Shown here: in pieces, positions 62,010-64,000 of the stretch
How positions within the stretch are numbered: position 1 is the first letter of the stretch
Layout of the letters: each line of letters starts with the position of its first letter
Assembly: GCA_046733175.1 (NCBI GenBank)
Contig: JBKPOO010000027.1
Location: forward strand, 2,583 to 66,582
DNA from: Pseudomonadota bacterium
Lineage (GTDB): Bacteria > Pseudomonadota > Alphaproteobacteria > Sphingomonadales > Sphingomonadaceae
Length of the DNA: 64,000 bases
Direction: 5' to 3'
Program-made: the position numbers and the translations under genes
The notes under the pieces: generated by a model
The model's input: only the letters and a program-made list of their open reading frames with translations
Told to the model about the DNA's origin: nothing
Databases searched by the model: none

Positions 62010-64000
62010 GTGACATCCATTCGCTCGCTCGCGATCCTGCTCGCCGCAACCGCGCTTGCCGCGCCTGCCGCCGCCAAGCCCGCGGACGGCCCGAACCCGG
62101 CCTTCACCGGGCGCGACCTGTTCGACCTCAGCGCCGCCTCCGATCCGCAAATCAGTCCCGACGGGCGATGGGTCGCTTATGTGCGCCGCTCGGCCGACAT
62201 CATGACGGACAAGGCGCGCTCCTCGATCTGGATCATCAACGTCGCGACCGGTGAGCAGCGGCCGCTGGCCGCGGGGACTGGGGATCATTTCAACCCGAAA
62301 TGGTCCCCCGACGGCCGCCGCCTCGCTTATGCCTCAACGGCGGAAGGCGGCGCTCCGCAGCTCTTCGTTCACTGGCTCGACACCGGCCAGACCGTTCGAG
62401 TGACCGGGCTTCCCGACAGCCCGCAAGCGCTTGCCTGGTCGCCGGACGGCCGCCGCATCGCCTACCTGATGAGCGTCCCCGATGAGGGAATGAAGCTGGG
62501 CAAGTCTCCGGACAAGCCCGAAGGGGCAAACTGGGCGAAGCCACTCGAGATCATCGATAAGGTCACGTATCGCGCGGACGGCGCCGGCTACATCAAGGCG
62601 GGGTTCGACCATATCTTCCTGGTCGATGCCGACGGCGGCGCGCCCCGTCAGCTGACGTTCGGCGCCTACCATGACGGCGCTCCGGAATGGACCCCCGACG
62701 GCCGCGGCATCCTGTTCAGCGCGGTCCGCAAGCCCGATTGGGAAATGGTCGTCCTCGACAGCGAAATCTACCGGCTCGATGTGGGCAGCGGGACGGTAAC
62801 CGCCCTCACCAGCCGCGATGGGCCGGACCTCGCCCCGGAAGCCTCGCCGGACGGCCGAACGATCGCCTATCTCGGTTTCGACGACCACAAGAAGGGCTTC
62901 GAGCAGAACGATATCTACCTGATGGGCTCGAACGGCGGGTCGCCGCGCCGGATCGCCCCCAACCTCGACCGCAACGTCCAGCAAATCGAGTGGGCGCCCG
63001 ACGGGCACGCGCTTTATGCCGCCTACGAGGAAGGCGGATCGGTCACGGTCTCGCGCATCGGCCTCGACGGAAGCGTCCGTCCGATCGCGCGAAACCTCGC
63101 GGCCGCCAGCTACGACCGCCCCTATGCGGGCGGCGGGTTCACCGTGTCCAAGGGCGGCACGGTCGCTTACACCGTGAGTCCGTTCGACCGGCCGGCGGAT
63201 ATTGCCGTCTCGAGCGGCGGAGGCCAGCGCCAGCTGACGCGGCTCAACGACCTGACGCTCGCAGCGAAGAATCTCGGCACGCTTCGAACGCTGGATGTCT
63301 CCGCCCCGGACGGTGGGCGCGTTCCGGCCTGGATTCTGCTTCCGGCATCCTACAAGCCGGGCGATCGGGTGCCGACCATCCTCGAGATCCATGGCGGGCC
63401 CTACGCCTCCTACGGGCCGCATTTCTCGACCGATTACCAGCAATATGCGGCGGCCGGCTATGCGGTGCTTTACACCAATCCACGCGGATCGACCGGCTAT
63501 GGCCAGAGGTTCGCTGACGGGATCGAAAAAACCTATCCCGACAGCGACTTCGCCGACCTGATGGCGGCGGTCGACGCTGCTGTCGGGAGCGGAGTCTCCG
63601 ATCCGAACAATCTCTTCGTCACCGGCGGCTCCGGAGGCGGGATCCTGACTGCGTGGATCGTCGGCAAGACGGATCGCTTCAAGGCCGCCGCGGCGCAAAA
63701 GCCGGTGATCAACTGGACCAGCATGGCCTTGACGAGCGATGGAACGCCCTTCTTCGGCCCCTACTGGATGGGTTCGCTTCCGTGGGAAAATTATCAGTCC
63801 TACTGGGCCCGCTCGCCGCTCAGTCAGATGGCTAACGTCAAAACCCCGACCCTGGTCGTCGTCGGCAGCGAAGATTACCGCACTCCCGTCAGCGAAGCGG
63901 AGCAATTTTACGCGGCTTTGAAACTTCGGCGGGTTCCGACCGCCTTGGTCAAGGTGCCGGAGGCCAGCCACGGCGGGATCGCCGCGCGGCCGAGCCAGTC
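62010..64000 (+). CDS. S9-family serine peptidase (prolyl oligopeptidase / acylaminoacyl-peptidase type); C-terminus beyond the window
   Basis: Not in the ORF track because there is no stop in the window. Own translation from GTG 62010 (SD GGAGGGG) gives VTSIRSLAILLAATALAAPAAA..., with beta-propeller repeats (SPDGRWVAY, SPDGRRLAY, SPDGRRIAY, TPDGRGILF, SPDGRTIAY, APDGHALY) and the nucleophile motif VTGGSGGG. Confidence 0.85.
   Translation, partial: MTSIRSLAILLAATALAAPAAAKPADGPNPAFTGRDLFDLSAASDPQISPDGRWVAYVRRSADIMTDKARSSIWIINVATGEQRPLAAGTGDHFNPKWSPDGRRLAYASTAEGGAPQLFVHWLDTGQTVRVTGLPDSPQALAWSPDGRRIAYLMSVPDEGMKLGKSPDKPEGANWAKPLEIIDKVTYRADGAGYIKAGFDHIFLVDADGGAPRQLTFGAYHDGAPEWTPDGRGILFSAVRKPDWEMVVLDSEIYRLDVGSGTVTALTSRDGPDLAPEASPDGRTIAYLGFDDHKKGFEQNDIYLMGSNGGSPRRIAPNLDRNVQQIEWAPDGHALYAAYEEGGSVTVSRIGLDGSVRPIARNLAAASYDRPYAGGGFTVSKGGTVAYTVSPFDRPADIAVSSGGGQRQLTRLNDLTLAAKNLGTLRTLDVSAPDGGRVPAWILLPASYKPGDRVPTILEIHGGPYASYGPHFSTDYQQYAAAGYAVLYTNPRGSTGYGQRFADGIEKTYPDSDFADLMAAVDAAVGSGVSDPNNLFVTGGSGGGILTAWIVGKTDRFKAAAAQKPVINWTSMALTSDGTPFFGPYWMGSLPWENYQSYWARSPLSQMANVKTPTLVVVGSEDYRTPVSEAEQFYAALKLRRVPTALVKVPEASHGGIAARPSQ

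Noticed and set aside
62334-63971. A 545-aa ORF on the minus strand, the longest ORF in this region of the track.
   Set aside because: It is antisense to a convincing S9 peptidase reading frame on the plus strand (propeller repeats, GGSGGG nucleophile). Its own translation is Arg/Gly/Ala-rich with no motifs. This is a typical shadow ORF of GC-rich DNA.

Overview
This is a 64-kb, high-G+C chromosomal segment. Gene content and synteny point to an alphaproteobacterium, probably Sphingomonadales. That placement is an inference from cpdR, DUF1013/TrcR, DUF1285-nudL-cca, a stand-alone F1 atpHAGDC operon and a short epsilon subunit. I support about 70 protein genes and one tRNA-Val(GAC). I see no rRNA, no CRISPR array, and no transposase, integrase or phage genes.

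The backbone is housekeeping: folB, cca, parC, purC, priA, ada, atpHAGDC, a cpaF-type ATPase, a DEAD-box helicase, tgt, queA, coaD, ispA, xseB, clpA and an NAD-dependent formate dehydrogenase. Many long ORFs in the track are antisense or N-terminally over-extended shadow ORFs typical of GC-rich DNA. I trimmed or rejected those.

I do not see a classical defence island or any system I can name as new with confidence. The points below are not explained by ordinary annotation:
- A module of two inward-facing AraC paralogues enclosing two tandem beta-lactamase-fold paralogues and an HExxH protein. A conserved 19-nt box sits in front of the hydrolase genes (29.2-35.6 kb).
- A Cys-rich TRASH/YHS-like mini-ORF, too short for the ORF track, fills the atpD-atpC spacer.
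- A low-GC two-gene islet (helical lipoprotein plus a 93-aa partner) lies after priA.
- A 270-bp intergenic element is closed by perfect 19-bp inverted repeats that cover the ribosome-binding region of a GST gene.
- A nested-palindrome repeat family has two copies, one of them inside the atp operon.
- A three-way-junction structure lies in front of atpH.
- An orphan cpaF sits next to a GT2-GtrA / GT-C glycosylation pair.
- A low-GC patch of unknown membrane proteins lies between two secreted peptidases.

All family calls come from motif recognition by eye; no database search was run.
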